A stretch of 64,000 nucleotides of DNA from the human T2T-CHM13v2.0 reference genome, Homo sapiens. Below, in pieces: positions 42,946-63,599 of this stretch. Location of the stretch: the NCBI RefSeq assembly GCF_009914755.1, contig NC_060947.1, one strand, 5' to 3'. A model generated the notes under the pieces. The model had not been told where the DNA came from. It made no database searches and saw only the letters and a list, made by a program, of their open reading frames with translations. A program made the position numbers and the translations under genes. Within the stretch, counting starts at the first letter, position 1. The number at the start of each line of letters is the position of its first letter.

Positions 42946-43157
42946 ATCGATTGATAACTGTGTTTTGAGAATTTAGTTCATTCAGATTTAATGTAATTAA
43001 TGATAGAGTTGATTTTGTCTATTTTACTTATATATTTGTCTAATCTGTTCTTGTTTCCTTTTTCTTCCTTTATTGACTTCTCATACACTATTGAAGTATT
43101 TCTTATTATTTCATCTTCTGTTAGCTTATTAGTTATATAGTTTACAACTTTATTTTA

Positions 43158-46100
43158 GTACTTCCACTTCCAGTATGATAGTGTGACAAGCTCTGTCACA
43201 CTGTGCTGGTCCAGTGGCCCTATGGACACACAACAAATGACTAAACATATATTTAAGAAAATCTTCTAAAACTTGGTAAGAATTGCAAGAGTCTTTGGTA
43301 TTTGAACCAATATCTGTGCTATCCTTCCCCTTCCCACTTTGGTGAGCTGGAAGCTCCACTCCAGACTGGTAAACCAAGAACACAAGGTTCCCTCTCCCCA
43401 GCTCCCAGAAAAAAGGCTAGCTTCCAAGGAGAGGCAGAATGTTAACATTTCTCATCCTGCTCCTAGCTACCTGTTGCTGAGACTAAGTTTCACATGAGTG
43501 GGGCTGAGAGATGGGGCCCCCTTCTGCCCAGCACTACTTGTGAGATGAAGGCTCTACCTTGGGCATGGTGCTGCTTAGAATATTGGGGTCCAGATTGCCC
43601 TTGCACCCAGCCCATAGGGCAGGGGCTCAATGCTGAAAGGTGTAAGCTGATGCTCTCTCCTCCCCCATCCATTGAGTGCTCAGCTTCTAAAGCAGTGGTG
43701 TCACTGGGAAAGAAGCATGTTCTCTCTGTACTCAGTGCTAGAACCTTGGCTCAAAGGTTTGAGCTGGGAAGAGAAAGCAGACTGTAGAACATAGAGCTAC
43801 AAATCTCTACTCCCAAAAACTAATTTTATTTGCAACACACCTGGAGCAATTCAAGCCTAAGAAGCTCACAGAAACAGTGGAAATGGTAGTGAAAGGCAAC
43901 TGCAAAAAGATTGATTGATTTATTAGACATATAGGCCATATTGCTAGAGAGAAACAGGAGAGACAGCTGGGGAGACCTCCTGGGGTCAGAACAAATTTCA
44001 AACCCTGACCTCAGGAACTATCTCTTCAAAGGAGCTAGAATTGCAATTAATGGAGCTTAAAAATGGGGTGTGGTCAGAGAATGAGATAGTCAAAGAGAGC
44101 TGTGGAAAACCACTGTCATCCTAGAGTGACTCTGGGCATATCCAAGGCTGTATCCCTGAGGAGCAACATCAGAGACTTCACACTACAGGGGAGAAGGGAA
44201 TAGAGTTCCTTAAAACAAGCCATTCACTAAACTAGTAAACAAGCAAATAACAATGACCAGGCCCAGACAGGGAGGATAAGTACCCAGAATTGCTACAATA
44301 TATTATTTAAAATGTTTGATTTTCAACAAAAATTATGAGATATGCAGAGAAACAAGAAAGTATAGTCCCTACACCAGAAAAAAAAAGCAGGCAGCTGAAG
44401 TGTTTGTGTAAAGTGACCAGATGTCAGAATTAACAAAGATTTCAAAATAGCCATTACAAATATGTTTAAAAAACTAAGGGAAACCATTATTAGACAAGTA
44501 AAATAATGTATAATGACAATGTCACATCAAGTAGAGAAAATGATAAAGAGAAATTTTAAAAAATGGAAACTCTGGAATTGAAAAGTACAGTAATTTAAAT
44601 GAAAAATTTACTAGAGGTGCTCTTAATGTATTAGTATTGGCAGGAGAAAGAATCAGCAAACTGAAAGACAGATTGAAAAAGATTATGCAATCTAAGCAAC
44701 CGAGAAAAAAGAATGACGATAAACAGAGTCTTAGAGAAATGTGGGGCACTGTTAAGCATGCTGCCAGTGAATGAATTAAATAATCCAATAAAAAAGGCAG
44801 TGATTTTCAGACTGGGTAGGAAAACAATATCCAACCATATGCTGTCTATAGGAGAAACACTTTGGATGCAAATATACAAAGAAATCAAAAGTAAAGGTAT
44901 GGAAAAAGATATATTATGCAAACAACAACCACAAGAAAGCTGGAGTGACTGTACTAATATGAGAAAAAATAGACCCTAAGAGAAAGAATATTACTAGAGA
45001 TAAATAGGGACATTTTGTAATAGTGAAAGGGTCAACCATCAGGAAGATGTAAGAATGATAAACATATGTATATCTAATGGCAGAACACCAGAATACATAA
45101 AGTAGGAACTGACAGAAATAAAGGAAAAAAACAAACAAACTGGCAATTCTACAGTAATAATGACTTCAATACTCCACTTTGAAGAATGGAAAGAACAACC
45201 AGGAAGAAAATGAGCAAGCAAATAGAAGAATTGAAAAACACCACAAACCATCTAGACCTAACAAACATCTCTGCATCTAACACAAGAGAATAAACGTTCT
45301 TCTCAAGAGTAGATGGAGCATTCTCCAGGATAGACCATATGTTACATACATTAACTGAATACATTTAAAGTGACAGAAAAATACAAAGTATGTTTTCCAA
45401 CCATAATGGAACAAAATTAGAAATCAGTAACAGAAAGAAATTTTGGAAACTCACAAATGTGGAAATTAGTATATACTCCTAAATAACCAATAGATCAAAG
45501 AAGAAATAAAAAATGAAATTAGAAATACTTTGAGATGAATAAAAATGAAGACACAAGATGCTAAAATGTATAGGATGCAGCTAAAGCAGTGCTAGTGGGA
45601 AATTTATACCTGTAAATGCCTATATTAAAAAAGAAGAAAATGTCAAATCAATAACCTAACCTTCCACCTCAAGAAACTCGAAAAAGCAGAGCAAAGTAAA
45701 GCTAAAGGTAGCAGAAGGCAGGAAATAATAAACATTAGAAAGGAAATTAATGATACAGAGACTAAAATGATATAGAGACTACATAACAGAGAAAATGATT
45801 TTTTACAAGGGTACAAAGACCATTTAATGGGAAAGAAGACTGTTTTCAACAAATGATGCTGGAACAACTGGTTGAAAAACAATATAGTTGGACCTTTGTC
45901 TTCACACCATGTAAAATAATTACCTCAAAATGGATCAAAGACCTTAATGTGACAGCTTAAGCTATAAAATTCTTAGAAGAAAACATAGGAGTAAATCTGC
46001 AAAAGTACAAAAAAAAAGTAGGTAAGTTGGATTTTATCAGAATAAAAAACTGCTATGCCTCAAAGGTCACTATCAAGAGAAAGCATAAATATCTCATAGA

Positions 46101-47375
46101 ATGGAAGAAAATATCCACAAATTATATATCTGATAAAGGATTTGTTTCTAGGAAGTATAGTAATCTCCCCCTCTTACCTGCAGGGGATATATTTCAAGAC
46201 CCTCAGTGGATGCCTGAAACCACAGATAGTACTGAATTCTATAGGTACTATGTTATTTTTAAAATCTGGTAACTGAGGTGGCTACTAAGTGATGTTGGCT
46301 AGTATATACAGCATTGATATGCTGGATAAAGGGATGCTTCACATTCTGGGTGGGATGGAGGACGATTTCATGCAACTCAGAATGGAGCGCAACTTAAAAT
46401 GTAGATTATGTCTGGAATTTTCCATTTAATATTTTTGAACTGCAGTTAACCATGGGTAACTGAAACTGTGGAAAGTGAAACTGCAAATAAAGGGGGGAAC
46501 TAGTGTATAAAGAACAATTATAATTCAATAATAAGAAAACAAATCGCATGATTAAAAATGGGCAAAGAATCTAAATAGATATTTCTCCAAAGAAGATATA
46601 TAAATGGCTAATAAGCACATGAAGAAATGCTCAACCTCATTGCTTGTCAGGGAAATGCAAATCAAAACCACATGGTGAGATACCTCTTCATACCCACTAT
46701 ATGACTATAATTAAAAAGTAAGATAATAACATGTGTTAGTGAGGGTGCAGAGAATTTGGAATTCTCATACGCTGCTTGTGGGAATGTAAAATGGTGCCAC
46801 CACTTTGGACAACAGTCTGACAGTTTCCCAAATGGTTAAACATAGAGTTAACCTATGATTCAGGAATTCTACTCCTAGGTATATACACACAGGAAATGGA
46901 AACATATGTCAACGCAAAAACATATTCATGAGCAACATTATTTATAATAGCCAAAGGGTGGAAACTACTCATTTTTTTCAACCAAACACAGGATTAAAAA
47001 ATGTGATATATTCTTAGACTGGAATATTATTTAGCCATAAAAGAGAATGAAGTACTGGTATATGCTGCAATATGGATAAACCTTGAAAATATTATGCTAA
47101 GTGAAACAGACCAGTCACTAAAGATGTATGATTCCATTTATATGAAACATCACGGATAGACAAATCTGCTTAGAGCTGACTGGGATGGGGAGATTGGGCA
47201 ATAGCTAAAGAGTACAGGGTTTTGGTTCTTTTTTTGAGGTGACAAAAATGCTCAAAATTGAATGTAGTGATGGCTGCCCATATCTCTGAATATACAAAAA
47301 GCCATTGAACTGTGCACTTTACGTGCATGAATTGCATGGTATGTGAACTATATCTTAATGAAGCTGGTATAAAAT
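43158..47375 (+). mobile_element. Internally deleted old L1M (5' region, ORF1/ORF2 remnants, L1MC/MD-like 3' end)
   Basis: Endonuclease text at 44780-45770, jump to ORF2 end at ~45790, 3' end ATATCTTAATGAAGCTG. Confidence 0.7.
46158..46505 (-). mobile_element. MER44-like Tigger element
   Basis: Terminal inverted repeats TAGTAATCTCCCCTCTTA / TAAAGGGGGGAACTAGTG flanked by TA; CAGTGGATGCCTGAAACC. Confidence 0.8.
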
Positions 47376-47379
47376 TTTT

Positions 47380-49520
<2,141 letters not shown>

Positions 49521-50682
49521 GTATCCAACAACTTTTATAATGGTTGTTGGCAGGAAGATTATTCCCAGAAATATTGTTCCTTTGTGGCTGGAAGTTGAAG
49601 TTCTTTGCATTGTGTTTTGTAATATTTTTCCCTTTTGATCTTTCATACCATCCATATGAGTCTCAAAAGTGTTCATTTTCTCTTTCATTTCATCCACTGA
49701 TTTTCTTAAAAGTGAAAAAAAATCATGTTTATTGGCCTCAGAAACTCTTATTTTGAACGGTTTGACCCTCATTCGGTGGTTTTTTTTTCCTTTATGATGT
49801 CCTTTAGGAAATCTGTTTTAGTACTGCAGCTCCTCCTGGGCAAGTTGTTTGCTACACTTTCAGAATGAAAGACCAGATCCTCGCAATCTCTCTGGCATCG
49901 AGGACTCACCTCCAGATTTAGCTCCCTGACAGCTCCTCTCTGGACCACTCCCAGTGGCTTTCACTACCCTACCTCTGGGTGGGGTGAGTTCTGAGATTTT
50001 TAGGGAGCAAACGTATCTCTAGGAATTGAGAAGCTCTGGTTCTCAATCCTAGAGTTTCTTGCCACAGGAATTTCCTAGACTCTAGTTCAGTCTGGAGGGA
50101 AGCAAAATTGTGTGAAAGTTCCTTCCTCAGAACTCCGAGATGTCTGACCAGGCCTTCCTCACACTTTTCAGCCCTCACCTGCTCTCTGGGCCCTGTGGCT
50201 GCCCCTGTGCACATTGGATTGGCGATGTGAGGCATTGGGCAGCAGGGATGAATGTTTCTGTTGACATCTTTCTAGAATCCTTTTTAACCCTCTTTCCACC
50301 TCTGAGTGTAGGGGGTTCCCACAGAAAATTAGGTCAAGGCCATTGGTGCATAGAAAGCCATGTGAGCTGAGAGTCTGAACAGTATTGAACATTGCTTAGG
50401 TTAAGGCATTCAAAAATCAATCTCATCATTAGCAAACAACTGAAAATATACTTAAAAAATGAAAATTTGGCTTAAAACTGAATATTTGGACACTAGCGAA
50501 CATGTTTTAATTTGGCTCTGGGTCTCTATGAAAGAAGAGTACATTTCATTAAAATTAGAAATGCATCAATATCAATTCCAGCACTTTCCAAACTGGCTTT
50601 AACTGGGAGGCTAATAAGGGTGCCAAATAAGTTTGGTTAACTCTTAAACAATGTTAAATAGGTTTTGGTTTTGCCACTTGAC

Positions 50683-50981
<299 letters not shown>

Positions 50982-51167
50982 ATGCTAATGGACTTTTTAA
51001 TGTTGTCCTTATCCTAATGTGTATTGTAAATCTCCAAGAAGAACAAATCAGTGGTCACAGATATCCTGTGTATAGCTGTTTGGGGAAATGCTGCTCTATT
51101 CCAGTGACTTGTGAAATAACAGATCATTCTGTCAGTCATCAGTAACATTCCCACTTGGCTGAGTTAT

Positions 51168-51491
51168 TGTGTTTTAGTTTGGATTCCCCAAAAAGCTGAT
51201 CTTATGAGTAGTCTGAGTGAAGAACATGGGAGGTAATGTTGGGAAGCACTGCTAGGGACATAGGGAAGTTAGACAAGGAAGGAAAATTAGCCAATACATA
51301 GTCTATTAATGTGGGTAATTGGGTTCTATCCTGCTGGGGACCTCTAGGAGAGGGTACAGTACATCCTACTTGAGAGGTGAAGAAGCAGAGGAATTGATTA
51401 ACCAGCTTTCATGCTTCTGCGTCTGAGGGTTGTGTGTAGAGAACAGAGAGTTACAAGGGGATATGGGTTGAGTGTCAATAGTGTCTGCCAC
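51168..51491 (-). mobile_element. Old ERVL LTR fragment
   Basis: TGTGTTTTAGTTTGGATTCCCC start and GTGTCTGCCACA end. Confidence 0.5.
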
Positions 51492-52441
51492 ATATCGTAA
51501 ATAATATCGCAAAAGCTCATGCATTTACATTGTATATTTTCTGCCTTTTTCCCTTTATTCCTGGTACTGCTGCTTCTTGAAATCCTAACCAACTTTACAT
51601 TCTATGTCAAATACTATGTCTTCTCTTGTGTAATTTCCTGCTATTGCATTATAGGTATTCATAAGTAAATTCTCTCTCTCCTACCAAGACACTTGTAGAG
51701 AGATAGATGTATTTCATTCATTTTTCTAGACTTGTAGCACAGTGGCCTGTGCCGGACAGGAGCCCAATTAATGTGTGTTGACTGAAGGTCTTCAAATTCT
51801 AGAATAGAAACAGTGTTAGCACAGTATGAATTAAAGCATGAAGAATTCACTTGCGACTTCTACAAGCAAGTGGATGGGTTGAACCACTTATTTTTGGAAT
51901 GGTAATTCTTATTTGTTGGATAAAGTTTGTATCTGGACAGCCAAACATTTAAATAAATGCCAGGAGGGTCTTGGAAGTTTCATCATTCCATCTGGACTGC
52001 AAGACACGTATATGGGTACGTCTGTTCTGAAAGCATGCTTAGAAGTAGTTAAGTATATCCTTGGGAATTTTCTGACTTTATTCAGACAGATGTTTTTTCT
52101 AACTAGTATTGGCCTTTGTTTAGACAAATCTAAAAGTCAGGATAGTTCCATTTTGCTTTTTTAAAATAGAATAAACAGTGTTTCTTCTGCATTCATAATG
52201 AATGTTTATAGTCATTTATATATATTAAATGCTATTAATCAAGAGAAGTAAATGAGTTAAGCTATTGCCCTAAGTAAGTAAAAAATGGGAACATAATTGG
52301 AAATGGCCTCCCCTTTCCTATTTTTGTACTGTTCTACTTAATATTTAGCAGATGGAGTATGAATAGAAATGCTTAAGTTGGAATGCTTTATGGGGTTATA
52401 AACTGTTGTTAATTAGTTGTGAAATAATTTTAATTACTTAA

Positions 52442-52819
<378 letters not shown>

Positions 52820-53107
52820 TGAATCTATTTGATATATTTATAGAGAAGAGATTTGACAGGATAAAGAAAAATAGTTTACCTCAAATTGGGCTATAAAAAT
52901 ACTGAAGCCTTTGGGATTTTATCAGCCATTCAAAGCAATTTCTTTAAAAAAATGGAAAAAGTAATGTGAAAGAAAGAGGAAGATCAATTGGATCTAGCCC
53001 TCTTCTTCTAAGCTCCTCTTTTTACTCTATTCTTCATTTTATCTATTTGTAGTTTCACTCCTAGCCTAGAGGAAGAAGGTATCAGTCATGACTACCAAAA
53101 GTAGCCT

Positions 53108-53612
53108 ATTTTATTTTTTTCCAGCTTTATTAAGATATAATTGACAAATAAAAATTGTATACATTCAGGTGCACAAAGTGATATTTTGATATATGTATAC
53201 ATTGTGAAATGATTATCACAGTCAAGCTAATTAACATATTAATCACTTCACACAGTTACCTTTTTTTGTGATGAGAATACTTAACCACAAATTTCAAGCA
53301 AACAATACAGGATTATTAACTATTGTCACCATGCTGTACATTAGATATCCAAAACTTATTCGTTTTATAAGTGAAAGTTTGTACCCTTTGACCAACATCT
53401 CTCCTTTTCCCCCACTCTCTGACCCCTGGTAATGACTCTCCTACTCTCTTTCTATAAGTTCAACTTTTAAAATTTGTGTGTATAAGTGAGATCATGCACT
53501 GTTTGCCTTTCTGTGCCTGGCTTATCTCACTTAGCAGAATGTCCTCCAGGTTCATCCATGTTGTCACAAATAGCAAGATTTCCTTCTTTTTAAGGTTGAT
53601 AAAGTATTCTCT
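53108..53612 (-). mobile_element. L1MA 3' end
   Basis: CAGCTTTATTAAGATATAATTGACAAATAAAAATTG. Confidence 0.85.
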
Positions 53613-53694
53613 TTTTAATAGCTCTGGGAAGATTTTCTGAGGAAGGATGATGTTATATATAAGGCACTGGGGAGTAGAGAGAAATTCATCTCTT

Positions 53695-54297
<603 letters not shown>

Positions 54298-55252
54298 TAG
54301 AAAACCCGAAAGTCTTGACTGAAAGGCTCCTAGAGCTGATAAACAACTTCAGTAAAGTTTCAGAATGCAAAATCAATGTACAAAAATCAGCATCATTTCT
54401 TTACACCAATACTGTTCAGGTTGAGAGCCAAATCAAGAATGCAATCTCACACTAGCCACAGACAGACACAAAGTACTTAGGAATACATCTAACCAAGGAG
54501 GTGAAAGATCTCTACAAGGAGAACTACAAAACACTGGTGAAAGAAATCATAGATGACATAAACAAATGGAAAAAACATTCCATGCTCATGGATTGGATGA
54601 ATCAATGTTATTAAAATGGCAATGCTGCCCAAAACAATTTGCAGATTCAACACTATTTCTGTCAAACTAGCAATGTCATTTTTCACAGAATTAGCAAAAA
54701 ACAGTTCTAAAATTCATATGGAACCAAAAAAGAGCCCGAATAGCTGGAGCAATCCTAAGCAAAAAGAACAAAGCCAGAGGTATCACATTACCCAACTTCA
54801 AACTATTCCACAAGGCTACAGTAACAAAAACAGAATGGTACTGGTACAAAAACAGACACACAGACCAATGGAACAGAATAGAGAATACAGAAATAAAGCC
54901 ACACACCTATAACCATCTGATCTTTGTCAAAGGTGACAATAACAAGCAATGAGGAATGGACTCCCTATTCAATAAATGGTGCTGGGATAACTGGCTAGCC
55001 ATAAGCAGAAGGTTGAAACTGGACCCCTTCCTTTCACCATATGTAAAAATTAACTCAAGATGGATTAAAGACTTTAATGTAAGACCTCAAACTATAAAAA
55101 TCCTAGAAGAAAACCTAGGAAATACTATTCTGGACATCAGCCTTGGCAAAGAATTTATGGCTAAGTCCCCAAAAGCAATTGCAAAAACAACAAAAATTGA
55201 CAAGTGGGATCTAATTAAACGGAAGGGCTTTTGCACAGTAAAAGAAACTAAC

Positions 55253-56161
55253 GGTCGGGGAAGGAGCCAAGATGGCCGAATAGGAACAGCTCCGGTCTAC
55301 AGCTCCCTGTGTGAGTGACGCAGAAGACGGGTGATTTCTGCATTTCCATCTGAGATACCGGGTTCATCTCACTAGGGAGCCAGACAGTGGGCGCAGGTCA
55401 GTGGGTGCACGCACCGTGTGCGAGCTGAAGCAGGGCGAGGCATTGCCTCACTCGGGAAGTGCAAGGGGTCAGGGAGTTCCCTTTCCTAGTCAAAGAAAGG
55501 GGTGACGGATGGCACCTGGAAAATCGGGTCACTCCCACCCCAATACTGTGCTTTTCCGACAGGCTTAAAAAACGGCACACCACGAGATTATATCCCGCAC
55601 CTGGCTCGGAGGGTCCTACGCCCATGGAGTCTCGCTGATTGCTAGCACAGCAGTCTGAGATCAAACTGCAAAGCGGCAGCAAGGCTGGGGGAGGGATGCC
55701 TGCCATTGCCCAGGCTTGCTTAGGTAAACAAAGCAGCCGGGAAGCTCGAACTAGGTGGAGCCCACCACAGCTCAAGGAGGCCTGCCTGCCTCTGTAGGCT
55801 CCACCTTTGGGGGCAGGGCACAGACGAACAAAAAGACAGCAGTAACCTCTGCAGACTTAAATGTCCCTGTCTGACAGCTTTGAAGAGAGCAGTGGTTCTC
55901 CCAGTACACAGCTGGAGATCTGAGAAAGGGCAGACTGCCTCCTCATGTGGGTCCCTGACCCCTGACCCGTGAGCAGCCTAACTGGGAGGCACCTCCCAGC
56001 AGGGGCAGACTGACACCTCACACGGCTGGGTACTCCAACAGACCTGCAGCTGAGGGTCCTGTCTGTTAGAAGGAAAACTAACAAACAGAAAGGACATCCA
56101 CACCAAAAACCCATATGTACATCACCATCATCAAAGACCAAAAGTAGATAAAACCACAAAG
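55253..56161 (+). promoter_or_regulatory. L1 5'UTR (sense and antisense promoter region; YY1 motif near 55268)
   Basis: CAAGATGGCCG motif intact; relatively CpG-rich. Confidence 0.8.
55398..55706 (-). CDS. L1 ORF0-like antisense ORF, 102 aa
   Basis: MAGIPPPALLPLCSLISDCCASNQRDS... matches the L1 ORF0 N-terminus and is open to a stop at 55398. Confidence 0.55.
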   Translation of the reverse strand: MAGIPPPALLPLCSLISDCCASNQRDSMGVGPSEPGAGYNLVVCRFLSLSEKHSIGVGVTRFSRCHPSPLSLTRKGNSLTPCTSRVRQCLALLQLAHGACTH

Positions 56162-57176
56162 ATGGGGAAAAAACAGCAGAAAAACTGGAAACTCTAAAAA
56201 GCAGAGCACCTCTCCTCCTACAAAGGAACGCAGTTCCTCATCAGCAATGGAACAAAGCTGGACGGAGAATGATTTTGACGAGCTGAGAGAAGAAGGCTTC
56301 AGATGATCAAATTACTCCGAGCTACGGGAGGACATGCAAACCAAAGGCAAAGAAGTTGAAAACTTTGAAAAAAATTTAGAAGAATGTATAACTAGAATAA
56401 CCAATACAGAGAAGTGCTTAAAGGAGCTGATGGAGCTGAAAGCCAAGGCTCGAGAACTACACGAAGAATGCAGAAGCTTCAGGAGTCGATGCGATCAACT
56501 GGAAGAAAGGGTATCAGCGATGGAAGATGAAATGAATGAAATGAAGTGAGAAGGGAAGTTTAGAGAAAAAAGAATAAAAAGAAACGAGCAAAGCCTCCAA
56601 GAAATATGGGACTATGTGAAAAGACCAAATCTATGTCTGATTGGTGTACCTGAAAGTGATGGGGAGAATGGAACCAAGTTGAAAAACACTCTGCAGGATA
56701 TTATCCAGGAGAACTTCCCCAATCTAGCAAGGCAGGCCAACATTCAGATTCAGGAAATACAGAGAACGCCACAAAGATACTCCTCGAGAAGAGCAACTCC
56801 AAGACACATAATTGTCAGATTCACCAAAGTTGAAATGAAGGAAAAAATGTTAAGGGCAGCCAGAGAGAAAGGTAGGGTTACCCTCAAAGGGAAGCCCATC
56901 AGACTAGCAGCAGATCTCTCGGCAGAAACTCTACAAGCCAGAAGAGAGTGGGGGCCAATATTCAACATTCTTAAAGGAAAGAATTTTCAACCCAGAATTT
57001 CATATCCAGCCAAACTAAGCTTCATAAGTGAAGGAGAAATAAAATCCTTTACAGACAAGCAAATGCTGAGAGATTTTGTTGCCACCAGGCCTGCCCTAAA
57101 AGAGCTCCTGAAGGAAGCGCTAAACATGGAAAGGAACAACCGGTACCAGGTGCTGCAAAATCATGCCAAAATGTAA
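56162..57176 (+). pseudogene. L1 ORF1p, disrupted
   Basis: ATGGGGAAAAAACAG start; early frameshift and TGA stops (~56305, 56547); C-terminal half in ORF 56616-57176. Confidence 0.92.
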
Positions 57177-57239
57177 AGACCATCGAGACTAGGAAGAAAC
57201 TGCATCAACTAACGAGCAAAATAACCAGCTAACATCATA

Positions 57240-61068
<3,829 letters not shown>

Positions 61069-61473
61069 ACAATGAGAACACATGGACACAGGAAGGGGAA
61101 CATCACACTCTGGGGACTGTTGTGGGGTGGGGGGAGGGGGAAGGGATAGCATTGGGAGATATACCTAATGCTAGATGACGAGTTAGTGGGTGCAGCGCAC
61201 CAGCATGGCACATATATACATATGTAACTAACCTGCACATTGTGCACATGTACCCTAAATCTTAAAGTATAATAATAAAATAAAAATAAAATAAAATAAA
61301 AAAAGAAACTAACAACAGAGTAAACAGACAACCTACAGAATGGGAGCAAATATTCACAAACTGTGCATCCAACAAAGGTCTAATATTCAGAATCTATAAG
61401 GAACTTAAAAAATTCAGCAAGCAAAAAGGAAATAACCTATTAAAAAATGGGCAAAGGGCATGAACAGACACTT

Positions 61474-62289
61474 TTTTTTGTCTTTTTTTTATTATACTTT
61501 AAGTTCTAGGGTACATGTGCACAATGTGCAGGTTTGTTACATCTGTATACATGTGCCATGTTGGTGTGCTGCACCCATTAACTCGTCATTTACATTAGGT
61601 ATATCTCCTAATGCTATCCCTCCCCCCTCCCCTCACCCCACGACAGGCCCTGGTGTGTGATGTTCCCCTTCCTGTGTCCAAGTGTTCTCATTGTTCAATT
61701 CCCACCTATGAGTGAGAACATGCAGTGTTTGGTTTTTTGTCCTTGAGATAGTTTGCTGAGAATGATGGTTTCCAACTTCATCCGTGTCCCTACAAAGGAC
61801 ATGAACTCATCCCTTTTTTATGGCTGCATAGTATTCCATGGTGTATATGTGCCACATTTTCTTAATCCAGTCTATCATTGATGGACATTTGGGTTGGTTC
61901 CAAGTCTTTGCTATTGTGAATAGTGCTGCAATAAACATACGTGTGCATGTGTCTTTATAGCAGCATGATTTATAATCCTTTGGGTATATACCCAGTAATA
62001 GGATGGCTGGGTCAAATGGTATTTCTAGGTCTAGATCCTTGAGGAATCGCCACACTGTCTTCCACAATGGTTGAACTAGTTTATAGTCCCACCAACAGTG
62101 TAAAAGTGTTCCTATTTCTCCACATCCTCTCCAGCACCTGTTGTTTCCTGACTTTTTAAAGATTGCCATTCTAACTGGTGTGAGATGGTATCTCATTGTA
62201 GTTTTGATTTGCATTTCTCTGATGGCCAGTGACGGTGAGCATTTTTTCATGTGTCTTTTGGCTGCATAAATGTCTTCTTTTGAGAAGTG
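61474..62289 (-). mobile_element. 5'-truncated L1PA4/5-like 3' end
   Basis: Poly-T plus antisense 3'UTR and ORF2 end; TSD GAACAGACACTT at 61462-61473 and 62290-62301. Confidence 0.93.
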
Positions 62290-63599
62290 GAACAGACACT
62301 TCTTAAAAGAAGATATATAAGTAGCCAACAAACATGAAAAAATCTCAACATCACTAATCATCAGAGCAATGCAAATAAACACCACAAGGAGATATATCTC
62401 ACACCAGTCAGAATGGCTATTATTAAAAAGTAAAAAACAACAACAACAGATGTTAGTGAGGTTGCAGAGAAAAAGAAATGTTTATACACTGTTGGTGGGA
62501 ATGTAAATTAATTAAACCACTGTAGAAAGCAGTCTGGAGATTTCTCAAAAACTTAAAGCAAAACTACCACCATTTGACCCTGCAATCCCATTACTGGATA
62601 TATACCCAGAGGAAAATAAATGGTTCTACCAAAAAGACACATGCACTCATATGTTCATTGCAGCATCCATTCACAATAGCAAAGACATGCTATCAACCTA
62701 GCTTCCCATCAGTGATGAACTGAATAAAGAAAATGTGGTACATATACACTATGGAATACTATGCAGCCATAAAAAGAATGAAATCATGTCCTTTGCAGCA
62801 ACGTGGATGAAGGTGGAGGCAGGTATCCCAAGTGAGTTAATGCAGGAACAGAAAACTGAATATCACATATTCTCACTTATAAGTAGGAGCTAAATATTGA
62901 GTAAACATGAACATAAATATGTGAACAATAGACACTGGGTACTATGGGGGAGAGAGTGGGAGAGGAGCAAGGGTTTAAAAACTATCTATTGGGTACTATG
63001 CTCACTACCTGGGTGACGGGATCATTTGTACACCAAACCTCAGTGACATGCAATTTACTCATGTGACAAACCTGCACATGTACCTCCTGAAACTAAAATA
63101 AAGGTTGAAAAAAAAGTAAAGAGGTAGCATTTGAATCTTATCCTGACAGATTTGTAGAATTATTTCAATAGGCATGCAGGAGGACATTCACAAGAGACAT
63201 ATTACCCAGTCCCCTTCCTAATTGTACCCTACCCTTACAGCCCATGTATGTTGGAGAGAGCTGACCCCATTCCAGGCTCCCGGGATGGCCTCAGTTGACT
63301 TAAACAGATTTGCATCTTTTGTTCCCTGGGCTGAGTTAGAAGAAAAGCCAGGGTAATTACTGGGTCAGAAATTTACGTGAGGTCTCTGAATCAGAGACCT
63401 GGACTGAAGGAGGATGGAGAGCGAGAAGTTGAAGTGATTGGGCAATGGAGCTGTAAGAGTGTTAGGGACTTGGGTTGAATAACAAATGTCCAGGATCCAT
63501 AGCTTAGGTCAGCAAAGCTGATTTGACTAACAGAGGGAAATTATTCCCATGATGTGTCTAGAACTCACTGCCTTTTTAACACACTGGCTCTGTTGCACC

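Noticed and set aside
43180-43202. 9-bp perfect inverted repeat AGTGTGACA/TGTCACACT
   Set aside because: Short, lies in an old L1 region, and is compatible with chance or a small template switch
61807-62385. 192-aa minus-strand ORF
   Set aside because: Read-through from antisense host L1 into the ORF2 tail of the inserted L1; an artefact of the palindromic junction
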